This document shows, piece after piece, positions 50,986 through 64,000 of a stretch of 64,000 bases of DNA (positions within the stretch are counted from its first letter, which is position 1; each line of letters opens with the position of its first letter). The notes under the pieces are model-generated. The model worked only from the letters and a program-made list of their open reading frames with translations, was not told where the DNA came from and did no database searches. Both the position numbers and the translations under genes were made by a program. This DNA is from Octopus sinensis (lineage: Eukaryota), in assembly GCF_006345805.1 (NCBI RefSeq), contig NC_043004.1, forward strand, positions 91,140,001-91,204,000. Reading direction: 5' to 3'.

Positions 50986-52911
50986 GGAAGGGCATCCAGC
51001 CGTAGAAACACTGCCAGATCTGACTGGGCCTGATGAAGCCTTCCGGCTTCACAGACCCCAGTTGAACCGTCCAACCCATGCTAGCATGGAAAACGGACGC
51101 TAAATGATGATGATGATGATGATATATATATATATAACATACACACACACACACACATATATATATAGGTAATGAAAAATTACCCTCACAGAAATATATG
51201 TATATATATATATCAAAATAAGCAACAAGGATATCCAGAGGTAATGCAGTACAAACGTTTCATGCAACTCCATTTAATTGAACAATGCAATCATTACATC
51301 GATTTGCATTGTTCAATTAAATGGAGTTGCATAAAATGATCGTACTGCATTACCTCTGGATATCCTTGTTGCTTATTTATATATATATATATATATACAT
51401 GGGTCAGAGGTTGGGAAACCAACCAACTAAGGGATAGTGTCTGTCTAATATACTGCTGATAGTGTACACAATTATTCATACCCAAATGCTGGTTATCTCA
51501 TGGCAATCTCACAATTGAATGTCATTTATGGGCAGGAGTAAAAAGTGGTTACCTTTAATTTATACTGAAAATAAGAAAATGGAGAGGATACAAAATGACA
51601 TACATCAGCCGGTAGACATTCCAGTGTGTCTATTTATTCCAAGACATTCGAAAGTATTTGAAGAAAACGTACACATGTAGTAACTATGTATTACACACAC
51701 GTGTATTAATATTAGAGAATAGAGCAAAAGAACAATTCCTTACACCCGTTTCTGCCATGAGGCAATGAAATCCTCCATGCCACCTCCATCTCATCAGTGT
51801 TCTGTAGGGATGGGTAGATAAAGTTTGGATGATAAGTGTGCCTCTAGGCTTCTTCAGAGGGTCTAAGTGGTTAGGAGGGCTAATACATATAATAAACAGT
51901 TAACGATAGGTACTGTGTGTTTGTCATTATTGAAAAGGGCAGAAAAAGAATAGGAGCAAATGTGAGGCTGTGAAAGAAGTACAACTTTAAAAATAAATTA
52001 GGTATAGGAAGGGGAAATAAGCTACAAACTTCCCGTGGTGTAATCCAGGATCCATGTTACTTCATCCAATGGTGGATAGGTGAGTATAGTTGTTCTTGGG
52101 AGGAGTTTTCAGGAAGGGCGAATTTAGGCAGTAGTTCACATTATGCTTACATAGAAATTCGCATTATTTTTACATAGAAATACAGTGATGGATTTGAAAG
52201 TATGGTCTATGTTATGGAGTAGAAAGTTCATATGTAAAGTGCCAGCTAGTAGGTGCAACGTTGCAGATGGTATGGCATAAGCAGTTTCCGTCTACCATAT
52301 CTACTCACGAAGCTTTGGTTGGCCCGAGACTATACCGCTTGCCCACACAGGTCTTCTATGTCCTTATCATGGGAAAATTTGGTATATAAGTGTACTAGCT
52401 GGCACATATGAACTGTATGGGCATATGTATAATCTTTTTTGTGTGCGTGTGTATGCATATATAGACGTGTGCGGGTATGTACATATATGGGCATGTGTGA
52501 GCGTGCGTAAGGGTGTGTCCATATAGGAACGTAGTTTACTCTTTGTATACTTCCTTATGCTTTTTTCTGTATTGTTACCCTTAACCCTTTTTTTCTTGTG
52601 CTTGTGCGTATGTAGACGTATGTATGAACTTTTACGGTGCGCGTGTGTGTGTATGAGTTTGTATATTTATGCATATACATTTGGTGAAAAATGTGAGTGA
52701 AGATGTGTACGTTTTCATGGTGATGTATATGTATGCACGTGAGTGCACAAGTGCACATGTGTACGTATGAACAGGCACGCTTATGTGTTTACTATGAACT
52801 TTTAACCTTCTCTTAATTAGTGGTCATTTGAATTAGCACTTTTGCGTAAGTAGCAGACTATAACACAGTAATTTCCCTTTGTATAACGGTCTTTTTTCAT
52901 AGTGTTTTTCA

Positions 52912-52989
52912 GGTGGCCAGATAACCGAAGAGATGGTGGTGTAGATTTCCACCTCGGCATCTGAAACTCAGAGTTTTATCTTGGCTACC
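52912..52989 (+). ncRNA. Type I hammerhead-like motif, variant core (CCGAAGA)
   Basis: 13-bp stem I GGUGGCCAGAUAA/UUAUCUUGGCUACC (one bulge, one GU); GAUG/CAUC stem II; GAAA(52963-66); AC/GU stem III; GUU triplet. Confidence 0.6.
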
Positions 52990-53084
52990 GAATAACTGTC
53001 ACATATTATTTTACAGATAAATTTCCTCTGTTTACATAATATTGAGGTCTCTTTCTTTCTTTTGTTATCTTACCGTTTTTACCA

Positions 53085-53182
<98 letters not shown>

Positions 53183-53193
53183 TTATATATATA

Positions 53194-53226
<33 letters not shown>

Positions 53227-53238
53227 TATATACACACA

Positions 53239-54403
53239 CACGGGGTGTTCATTAAAGATTTCCCCTGACCCCCTTCCAGTTATTGCAGGTAACAGAACTT
53301 GTACAGGTATAATCATACATGTCTCTACATGTCACATTCTAAATTGCAGCTTTCCACTAGTATTTGTTTGTCTTTTATAACTGCTGAAGTCGACTAAGGT
53401 GTTACAATGGCAGCAGTTGAATGCAGCTCAGTGATCAGGTTCTTATACTTGAAAAGTCATACACCAAAAGAGACTTTTGATGAGATGAAAGAAGTTTATG
53501 GTGATGATGCACCATCATATGATGTAGTCAAGCACTGGCACTGCCAGTTCAAATGTGGTCGAACATCAGTGGAAACTGCCCCTATTCCTGGAGGATCACA
53601 TTCTGCCATTAGTGACGACACCATCCATAAAGTGGAAGCTGTCATTTTGGAGGATAGTTGCATAGCTATTGGACAACTAGCCCAAGAAGTGAGGATAAGT
53701 GTAAGGTCCATGGAAAATATCATTCACAATCATTTGCACATGTGGAAGTTGTCTGCACGATGGGTTCCCTGGATATTCACGCCTTTTCAAAAGCAGGAAT
53801 GAATCAATTGCTCCCAGGCTCTTTTGGCAATGTACTAAGAAAGCAAGGAGTATTTTTTCAGCATAGAATGAAACATGGGTCCATCACTATGAACCTGAAA
53901 CTAATGGAAGCATGATAACTCACTACCTCCAAAGAAGGTTCGTGTCCAACCCTCAGAATTTTGGGACAAGTGCAAAGTAGTGATGATGGATTTTCTGGCA
54001 AAGGGCATCACAATTAACGGGACATATTATGCTTCTCTGCTGCAGAAATAGTGGGATGCCATCAAAGCAGAGAGGTGTGGCATGTTGCCCAGATGAAAGC
54101 ACACTCCAGTGACTGTGAAATTCTTCCTCGTCCCCCTTATTCTCCCAACCTTGCACCATCTAGCTTCCACTCTTTCCAACCATGAAGTCTTTTTTGAAAG
54201 GGAATCACGTTTTTGGATGATGATTAACTTGTTTCTGAGGTAAAGTCTTGGCTCCAGACGCAACCTACTGACTTCTACAGACGAGGTCTTCACAGCTGCA
54301 TAAAGTGATGGAAAAAGTGTAGAGAAAAGCTAATAATTATGCCAAGTTTCGTTTATTCCAGTCCTTGGGAAGTGGGTCAGGGGAAATCTTTAATGAACAC
54401 CCC

Positions 54404-54406
<3 letters not shown>
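53239..54406 (+). mobile_element. Near full-length mariner element with broken transposase (FAS1 intron 1)
   Basis: 36-bp TIRs with one mismatch (53242-53277 / 54368-54403); ORF 53407-53802 MAAVECSSVIRFLYLK...KLSARWVP followed by stops and frameshifts. Confidence 0.92.
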
Positions 54407-54472
<66 letters not shown>

Positions 54473-54565
54473 CGTGTGTGTGTATACACACATGCATGTA
54501 CATTGAAATATTTAGGATATCTCTCTATGTATGTATGTATGTATGTATGTATGCATGTATGTATG

Positions 54566-54612
<47 letters not shown>

Positions 54613-55309
54613 TATCTATCTATCTACATATGTCATAGGTATAGGTATGGCTGTATGGTAAGAAGCCATATGGTTGGGAGTCAAACTTTAAACAATACAC
54701 CCACGCCTGTGCTTATCTATGCCTTCACCTATTATACATGATATTATCCATGGTTTTAATCCTGAGTAAAAAAAAGTAGCGCTCAGGAGTTCTTTGCAGA
54801 GGTTGCTAGACTGGTGAATTTAAGAAGGAGTGGGATGAAGAAACCATGAGTCATAGTTTAGGAAGGAGTATTTCAATGTGTCGTGTTCACTTTCTTCCTT
54901 GTATTTTGTTAATAAACAATTTTTCAGTAAATAGTGAAAATTAATCAATCAAATTAAACAATGGTAAAGTCCTTATGACCCAATATAAACAACACTTAAT
55001 TACAAAAATACCGCCTGACTGTGCTTGATTTGTTTCCTTGTTCCTAACTATTTCCTGAATTGCATGATAAACATCCTCCAGGTATAGCTTTGTGGGAAGA
55101 AATTTACTTCCCACCCATATGATTTCTGGTTCAGTCCCAGAGCATGGCACCTTAGGCAAGTAGCTTCACTTATAGTCTTTGTGTTCCTTTCTGTGGAAGA
55201 GCGCAGGCTTGAAATGTCAAAGACTTTTTCACTTCCCGAGTGTTATACCAATATATCTGTTTGTTGTCTACACCACCTGTTTTCGTTTTTTTTTTTTTGT
55301 GAATTCTCC

Positions 55310-55348
<39 letters not shown>

Positions 55349-55424
55349 ACCGTAAATGGTCTTTTTACATACCGAATACTGCTCGAATTGATTAACAACT
55401 AATTAATTCTACCCCTTTTTTACT

Positions 55425-55471
<47 letters not shown>

Positions 55472-55505
55472 TACATACATACATACATATCCATATATAT
55501 CATTG

Positions 55506-55540
<35 letters not shown>

Positions 55541-56198
55541 GTCATCATCAACATCATTATTAACATTATCATTTTTCTATGCTTGCATAGTTGAATGGAT
55601 TCTCTACAGTACAGTGTCCAACCACTTGTGTTCCTTTCTCATCTTTCTGAGTGTCAGCTTCCTGAGATAAGCTTTAACCATTTCTGTCTATGTCTGCTTG
55701 TAGCTATACAAGCACTTAAAACAGTTAGCAAATGCATTTTATATACTACAAAAGTCATCCTCAATTGCAAGTGATAACCTTGACCTAACTATACATACGT
55801 ACATGCATGTATACATAGATGCATACATGCATGCATACATGCATACATACATACATACATGCATACATAGATACATATACACATATATACATGCAGACAT
55901 ATGTACCAGAGGCATGATACAACAGAACTACAAAACAAAAAAGTTATAAACAGGGATGGAGGACGGATGAAATTATTTCAAGTAAATGAGTAAGAACACC
56001 AATAAAGATAATAATAATAATTGTGCATTAATAAATAGATGATAATGATGATGATGATGAAAATAACGGTTTCAAATTTTGGCATAAGGCCAACGATTTC
56101 GGGCAAGGGAATAAGTTAATTACATCACCCCCAGTACTCAACTGGTACTTATTTTATCAACCCCAAAAAGATGACAGGCAAAGTCAACCTTGGCAGCA

Positions 56199-56231
<33 letters not shown>

Positions 56232-56277
56232 GAAGAAGAGGAAGAGGAAGAGGCTGAAGAAGACAAAAAGCCCTTAC

Positions 56278-56511
56278 CAATGTTGCATTTAGTCTGAGCA
56301 CGATGTCATATGCCTTCTCACTGGTGCTGTAACCGCGTAGTGTCTCTGACAGCCAACGTCTGTTAAAGGTATTCTGCATAAAATTTTTGAGTTCTATGCG
56401 GAAATCGTCCAGCATATTGTCCAGTTTTGAGTAATTTATATCTGGTTCCAATGTAAGGACATTGCTGGTGACTGTGGTCAGCAGCAGGACTAAAGAGATG
56501 GTACAATGCAT
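56278..56511 (-). CDS. Two-FAS1-domain secreted protein (TGFBI/periostin/fasciclin-like), coding exon 1 (signal peptide + N-terminal region)
   Basis: ATG at 56511; MHCTISLVLLLTTVTSNVLTLEPD...AYDIVLRLNATL (78 codons, hydrophobic N-terminus); phase-0 donor TTG|GTAAGG at 56277. A possible upstream acceptor (TCTTAG|G, 56563) suggests a non-coding exon further 5'. Confidence 0.8.
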
Positions 56512-57539
56512 TATATAAAGTTTTACACACAAGTAATAAAAAAAGATGGTACCATGGAGTACCTAAGATCAACACAAAGTTTCCACAGAAAAATAGAATG
56601 CAATATTTATATTCAAAATGTGACCGCGTGTGTACCGTTGGCGACTTTTTTGTTTCCTCTGTCTTCCCTTCTCTGGATCTTTCCTTCTCCTATGTTTCCG
56701 ACGAAGAGCTCCGCTCAAAAGGGTAAACCCTCCTTCTTTCCTTCCTTCCTGAGCGTCCAATAATACTATATTTGTTCCACGTCCTCGCGTTGTTGTGTTT
56801 TTTGTGCTTTCTTGTTTGGATTAACTATATATGTATATATATATATATATATATTTTTAAATACTTATATATATATCATATACATGCATTAGTTATAACG
56901 TAATATTGTATACATACAATGGTACTATATACCAGTACGTACAGAGGTATTATATGATAGTATCATACAATACAGTTACAGACATACAACAGCATCATAT
57001 CCACATGCCTCATAAAGTAGCTGAATGTATTTGAGTGAACAAACGAGAGATAAAGAAGTGATATATATATGTATAAATAGATGTGTGCATGTATACCTAC
57101 ATTCATATATATATATATGTATATATGATGAAATGACAATGTGTGTGTGTGTGTGTGTGAGTGTGTGTGTGTCAGTATAAGTGGTTGTGTATATATGTAT
57201 ATATGTGTTGTGCATTTGTCATCTGGGATTGGCCAATCTGTAAGCACATTGCTTTATCAAGCACTGGGACATTAATAATACTGATAATTATTATTATTCT
57301 ATTGTTGTTGTTGCTGGTAGAATCGTTAGAGCTTTGAGGAAATGCGTTGTAGTATTTCTTCTAAATCTTTACATTCTGAGTTCAAATTCTGCTGAGGTTA
57401 ATTTTGCCTTTCTTCCACCTTGAGTTGATTAAATAAAATACCATTCTGGTACTATGATCAATGTAATTGACTAATCCCCTCTCCTCAAAACTTCTAGCCT
57501 TGTATCTGAATCAGATACTGTTATTATTAAATCTGCATG

Positions 57540-57900
57540 TTTGTTACAATCACTTACCAAGACGCACCCAGCCTCCTAGGGCAAGTGAAGAATAAGTGAT
57601 GTTACAATATGACTGAAAGCTTGGGGAGAGGAAGTTGCAGGGACTGTAGCGAAATATCATCATGTAATCCAACACAGACATTTAAATTGAGAGGGTTTTT
57701 CTAAGGATGTGGGCAGTACTTTTGGATTACTCTGAGACATGGTTCTCCTGGGGTGTTGTCTAGATGTTTCTGACATCCCTTTTTTATCATACCCCGAGCA
57801 CCTACAATAAAGGGAACAGTTCTCACTTTAAAATGCCACATCTTTTGTATTTCAATTTCCAGGTCCTTATAATTACTTAATATATCAAATTCCATTACAG
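57540..57900 (-). mobile_element. R4/Dong endonuclease C-terminal fragment (second subfamily)
   Basis: YKDLEIEIQKMWHFKVRTVPFIVGARGMIKKG...VIQK. Confidence 0.75.
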
Positions 57901-59113
57901 ATATATTTTCATCAGAGGGAACACTTACATCGATTAGTCCACAAGTATTTTCTTCCTTGTCTTTAATAATTATGTCTGGCTGAGTATTATAATTATTCTA
58001 TCAGCTACACTAACAATAACACTGACCCAGTCACCCAAATTCCAACAACAAAAGCAACGCACACTCATTCAACCACAACCACAACTACAAAAAGCACCAA
58101 CACAGAAACAAATACATGAAGAGAAACACCAATCACCAGAACAACTCATGCAACTTACTACAGAATCCAAACGTCTCATCAACTTCCCAGTTGCTCACAA
58201 GTGCAACAATGAGCTGATGCAGGAAGTAGGGAAAAACACAAATATTTATACAATGTATTTCTGTTGAAAACTCCCCATGACAGACAGCTGATAAAAACTG
58301 TTAAAAACACATACCTAGAACTTTTAAAAAAAGGACTCTAGGAAGTCCCTTCATTAATGATAATGCATCAGACAAGGTAGCTGAATCAACTTTGCACAGA
58401 CATCTCTTAGGTTACGCTACCTACAAAGATTTCTGGATGGTGAGCATGTGTGGGCTCCGTTTGTGAGGCCTGTCTTTCCACAGCTCTTCTCCTTGACAGA
58501 ACTGCAGTCCTAAGTGAAAAAAAGACCAAGACTGGACACCGGGCACTTAGAATGTCGTCAGGTACTCACAACCCTCTACCAGTCAGGCAATGGGATTGGT
58601 GGATGTTCTGCTTTAGACATTTATAGAGGATTAGTAGTGGGGAAGTGTGACAAGAGAATACAGCTATTAGGCTCATTTCCATAGTAGATGAGTTCAAGTT
58701 TTGCTTGGCCAGCAGCATATTGCTTTATTGAGCCTCTTGGCTAAGCACATAGCTTAGATATATTCTTCTTTGATTCAAGTTTGAATCAGTCTAAGACCAG
58801 CTCTTGTTGCTTTCATGCATTCTTCTATGTTGTTCCTTCATCTATTCTGTATACCCATCATTCTCAATCTCTCTTGTACAATCCAGTCCATGGTTCTTTC
58901 CTTACATTTATTGCCCTATGTTCTGGCTAAATACTCTGGCCACTTCTACTTTGCATTAGCCATTCATGAATTATATCTCAAACACTTGTCTTCCTTTTCA
59001 TTTACAGCATAATGAGTCATCTATGTTCTGATCTATTATACTACTCAGTTCATAGATAGAGGGCAGTGACTTCATCTATGAACTTATTCAGATCATAATG
59101 GACACACACACAC

Positions 59114-59175
<62 letters not shown>

Positions 59176-60511
59176 TTGTTGTATTTAGGAATGATTATTT
59201 TGCCAGTTTAGCCAATAAAAACACACACTATATATTTGGTGTTAATTTTCTTCAGCGTTATTTATTTTTTACATTAATCTTAATCTCTATTGCTGTTTCT
59301 TTTCAGATATCATCAGAAAAAGGTAATTAAAATTCATTAAAATGACAGATCTCTTGGACTTTCAAAGAGGTTAAATTGTTGGCGCTCATATGGCTGGCAC
59401 CAGTGTAATGAAAACAGCTGAAATGTTTGGTGTATCAAGAAGTGCTGTCTCGAAAGTAATGTTCATACCTAAAATGTTCATGGTGCAATATAAACAGTTT
59501 AGGTGGTTTTTAGAGTCAGGGTTTGACTGCTATTTTGGCATGGTGGTAACCGAGTGTGTACCATTGGCGATTTTTTTTTCCTCCGTCTTCCCTTCTTTGG
59601 ATCTTTCCTTTTCCTATGTTTCTGACAAAGAGCTCCACTTGAAACATTAAACCCTCCTTCTTTCCTTTTTTTCCTGAGTGTCCAATAATACTATACTTGT
59701 TCCACGTCCTCGGGTTGTTGTGTTTTCTCTTTGTGTTTTAATGTTTGGATTACCTTTATATATATATATATAAACTTGTTTGTTTTCATATTTCATGTCA
59801 TTTACACAGTTGGTAACGTCCTGTACCCATGTATGCATATATATATATACACACACACACACAGACACAAACTCACACATATATATATATAAATGATGAT
59901 GATGATGATGATGATGATGATTATATTTATTTATTTGAATGCCACGCATCCATTTCCAAGTTAGTTTATCTTAACCTTTTTGATGCGACTCTACTGTATA
60001 CTGCTTTCTTCCTCCATTCTTCTCTAATCCCCTTTTTCTCCCCCTCCCTCTTTCACCATTTTCTATCTGTCTCTTTCTGCCCCTCTTTCTCTTTTTCTCT
60101 CTTGTTGCTCACAGATGACCATCATCCATCTTCTATCTTTTTCTCTTTTCAAATAAAATATTTCTCCCAGCATTCACTGTTTTCCTCTTGTTTTGATCTA
60201 ACGACCCTCCATGTTTGTTTTCATTCAGTTTCCTTGTTTGTTACCACTGCCCTGTTTTGGTTTCCAAATTTGACTCTCCATAAATCCTAAATTTGATTTT
60301 AGAATTTATGGGAGCAATTGTCTTTGAAGATTCATATTGTCATTGAATGTTTGAAATGAAGAGAAGATAGACAGCTGACAAATGATGAAGGGTTGTTCTC
60401 TATATTTACTTGTCCTGTTTTCCAATATTTTTCTCATTGTTTGCATAATTAATACATTTGTTTTCATATTTCATGTCGTTTACACAGTTGGTGATGTCCT
60501 GTACCTATATA

Positions 60512-60554
<43 letters not shown>

Positions 60555-60557
<3 letters not shown>

Positions 60558-61451
60558 TATATAGGTATATATATATATTATTTATATTATATTTATATAT
60601 ATATATATTCTTTTATTTGTTTCAGTGGCCATGCTGCAGCACTGCCTTTAGTTGAGTAAATCAACTTTGTAAGCCTAGTACTTATTCTATCAGTCCCTTT
60701 TGCCAGCCCACTAGGTTACGGGGATGTAAACACACCAGCATCGGTTGTCAAACAATGGTGGTGGGGACAAACACACACACACACACACATACGATGAGCT
60801 TCTTTCAGTTTCTGTCTACCAAATCCACTCACAATATGCTATGTAGTGGGACTGAACATGGAACCATTTGATTGGTAAGCAAGCTACTTACGACACAGCC
60901 ACTCCTGTACCTATATACATATATATTATATATATACATACATTTATGTATATTTATCGATCTATCTATCTACCTATCTATCTATCTATCTATATATATA
61001 TATAATATATATATATATAAGTATATAGGTATATATATATTATTTATATTATATTTATATATATATATATTCTTTTATTTGTTTCAGTGGCCATGCTGCA
61101 GCACTGCCTTTAGTTGAGTAAATCAACTTTGTAAGCCTAGTACTTATTCTATCAGTCCCTTTTGCCAGCCCACTAGGTTACGGGGATGTAAACACACCAG
61201 CATCGGTTGTCAAACAATGGTGGTGGGGACAAACACACACACACACACACATACGATGAGCTTCTTTCAGTTTCTGTCTACCAAATCCACTCACAATATG
61301 CTATGTAGTGGGACTGAACATGGAACCATTTGATTGGTAAGCAAGCTACTTACGACACAGCCACTCCTGTACCTATATACATATATATTTATATATATAC
61401 ATACATTTATGTATATTTATCGATCTATCTATCTACCTATCTATCTATCTA

Positions 61452-61480
<29 letters not shown>
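60555..61480. repeat. ~464-bp near-perfect tandem duplication (SINE A fragment + microsatellites)
   Basis: aagtatatagg at 60555 and 61019; identical idiosyncratic SINE deletions in both copies. Confidence 0.88.
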
Positions 61481-61489
<9 letters not shown>

Positions 61490-63048
61490 TAGATAGATAT
61501 AGATATATATACATATATATACATTGACTGGCTTCCGTGCTGGTGACATGTAAAAATGCACCAATCTGATCGTGGCCGTTGCCAGCCTCGCCTGGCACGT
61601 AAAAAGCACCCACTACACTCACGGAGTGGTTGGCATTAGGAAGGGCATCCAGCTGTAGAAACACTGCCAGATCAGAGTGGAGCCTGGTGCAGCCTTCTGG
61701 CTTCCCAGATCCCTGGTCGAACCGTCCAACCCATGCTAGCATGGAGAACGGACGTTAAACGATGATGATGATGATGATGATGATGATTGGCTACCTCATT
61801 CATGCCAGTACCGCAAAAAAAAAAAAAAGAGCACCCAGTGAACTTTGTAAAGTGGTTGGCATTAGGAAGGACATCCACGAGTAGAAACCATGCTAAAAGA
61901 GACATTGGAATTCGATGCTGTCCTCCAACTCATCAGATTCTGTTAAACCATCTAAACACATGTCTGTATGGAAAGACAAACATTAAATGATGATGATGGT
62001 AGTGGTGTTGTTTCTCATCAGTGTGATGATAATGATGATGATGACGACGATAAAGACGACAATGATGATGATGATGGTGACAATGATGATGTTGGTGATA
62101 ATGATGATTTCAACCAAGAGAAAGAACTAACATGGCATGAGTATGGATAATAAAGTCAATATTTGCTGTAATAGATAGTGGTAAAATTTTTGATTAAAAA
62201 AAAAAATGATAGATGATAAAAATAATAACTAAGTTTATTCTGAGAACAAACATATGTAATTGGGAATAATTTATCTCAGTGATTAAGTCTTGAATGATGA
62301 CTGATTGCTGTTGTTATCTATTATACTCTTTTATCTTTTATGCTTTAACATGTTTCAATCAAGGCACTCATTTTGACTTCTGAAAAAAAAACAAGAAAAA
62401 AACAAAGTTGACCTGACTTGATAGGATTTGAAACAACACTGAAAGAGACAATAACTTAATATTTATTTCTTTATTGCCCTCAAGGGAGCTAAACATAGAG
62501 GGGACAAACAAGGACAGACAAGGGGATCAAGTCGATTACATCAACCCCAGTGCGTAACTGGTACTTGTTTAATCGACCCCGAAAGGATGAAAGGTAAAGT
62601 CGACCTCGGTGGAATTTGAACTCACAACGTAACGATAGACGAAGTACCGCTAAGCATTTCGCCTGGTGTGCTAACGTTTCTGCCAGCTCACCCCCGGTAA
62701 TTTTATAAGGTGGTGAGCTGATAGAATTGTTAGCGCACAGGGCAAAGTGCTCACTGACATTTTGCCCATCCTTATGATCTCAGTTCAAATTCTACCAAGG
62801 TTAGCTTAGCTTTCGTCCTTTCAGGGTTGATAAAATAAGTTCCCTTTGAGTACTGGGGTCAATATAATTGACTTACCCGTCCCACAAACCTGCCGAGCAT
62901 GTGCCATGATCTGAAATCAATATTATATAAGTAATGTGCCCAACACTCTACTGATTCTGCTATCTAATACCAATACATTGCTAAAAGACAAATGGATCCT
63001 AGTTTGTCTTGTCTATTTTGAAACAAAATGCTTTTTATCACCATTGTA

Positions 63049-63614
63049 TTGGGTTGTCCGGAAAGTTCATGCCGATTTTTAAAGGAAAGAAAAAGGTCAA
63101 TAAATACTTGCCATTACATTTTTAATCAACCAAATATGAACCATTTTGTTGCACAATGCGTCTCCATCTTTCCTTTAACTTGAAAATACCCTCTTCCCAG
63201 AATTGAGGTGGTTTTATGGCAAAGAATTCATCAAAGTATCTTTTTACATCATCCAAGGAATTGAAATTTTTACCATTAAGACTATTCTGCAGAGACCTGA
63301 ATAAGTGGAAATCTGAAGGAGCAATATCTGGTGGATATGGAGGGTGGGGTAACACATCCCAGCCGAGCTGCAGCAATTTGTGTCTGGTTCTCAAAGCATC
63401 AAGTGCCGAAAATGAACTTTCTTATCTTTCATTTTAAAGGGTTACAGAATTAACACAGGTTATAGGAACATAAATCTTCTTCTATGAAAAGATAGCTTAA
63501 ACTGTGCTCTAAATGGAGGTGTAGTCAAATTCTATTTTATGGACTAAACCATGTTCTAAAATAAGTCAAAAGGTAAGCTACTATAAATTGGCATGAACTT
63601 TCCAGACAACCCAA
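63049..63614 (-). mobile_element. Internally deleted mariner (566 bp) with intact TIRs and TA duplication
   Basis: TA|ttgggttgtccggaaagttcatgccgattt ... aaattggcatgaactttccagacaacccaa|TA; WDVLPHPPYPPDIAPSDFHLFRSL...EEGIFKLKERW. Confidence 0.92.
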
Positions 63615-64000
63615 TAAATGAAAAGCTGTACTCCATATCTTTTTTTCAACATGGAGAAACTTTTGCAACTATAGTTTATAAATTGATTAATCTATTTTAT
63701 TATACTTCCTGAAATATATGTAAATCCTTTTAATATTTTATTTTATCTGAAGGTGATGAAGTGGCTGAATCATAAGAATGCTGGGTAAAATGCTTAGCAG
63801 CATTTCGTCCGTCTTTAAGCTTTGAGTTCAAATTCCTCCAAGGCTGACTTTACTTTTCATCCTTTCAGGGCTGATAAAATAAATACCTATTTCTTTACTG
63901 CCCACAAGGGGCTAAACACAGAGGAGACAAACAAGGACAAACGGATTAAGTCGATTACATTAACCCCAGTGCGTAACTGGTACATAATTTATCGACCCCG

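Noticed and set aside
51737-51812. Minus-strand CUGAUGA...GAAA with partial flanking complementarity
   Set aside because: No UH cleavage site in register and stem II is not closed; at best a decayed hammerhead.
53407-53802. Active mariner transposase or SETMAR-like gene
   Set aside because: The ORF stops after the WVP motif, and the catalytic region has stops and frameshifts.
56149-56277. C-terminal extension of ORF 56149-56532 (poly-His etc.)
   Set aside because: Intronic read-through past the GTAAGG donor into a (GAT)n microsatellite; the TTG start at 56532 is also unnecessary given the ATG at 56511.

Overview
AT-rich, repeat-saturated eukaryotic genomic DNA; the SINE, microsatellite and transposon content looks like an octopod cephalopod (inference from repeat families, not verified). 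One host gene was reconstructed by hand on the minus strand: 7 coding exons from 56511 to 24769, with all six introns GT-AG and phase-compatible. It encodes a 355-aa secreted protein with a signal peptide and two fasciclin (FAS1) domains. The rest is microsatellites, three SINE families, decayed mariner, Helitron and piggyBac-type elements, and fragments of R4/Dong, RTE, HERO-like and Penelope retroelements. The most interesting signal is non-coding. A near-canonical type I hammerhead ribozyme sits in a highly base-paired 354-nt unit with a 22-nt terminal redundancy (3005-3380), which looks like a retrozyme/circRNA precursor. Several other hammerhead-like motifs with variant cores occur at 7169, 47421, 50129 and 52912. 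There are also two tandem arrays built from (TAA)n-associated retroelement pieces (16861-17811, 44871-47089). Most ORFs in the supplied track are microsatellite artefacts. Repeat coordinates are approximate unless TIRs or TSDs are quoted.
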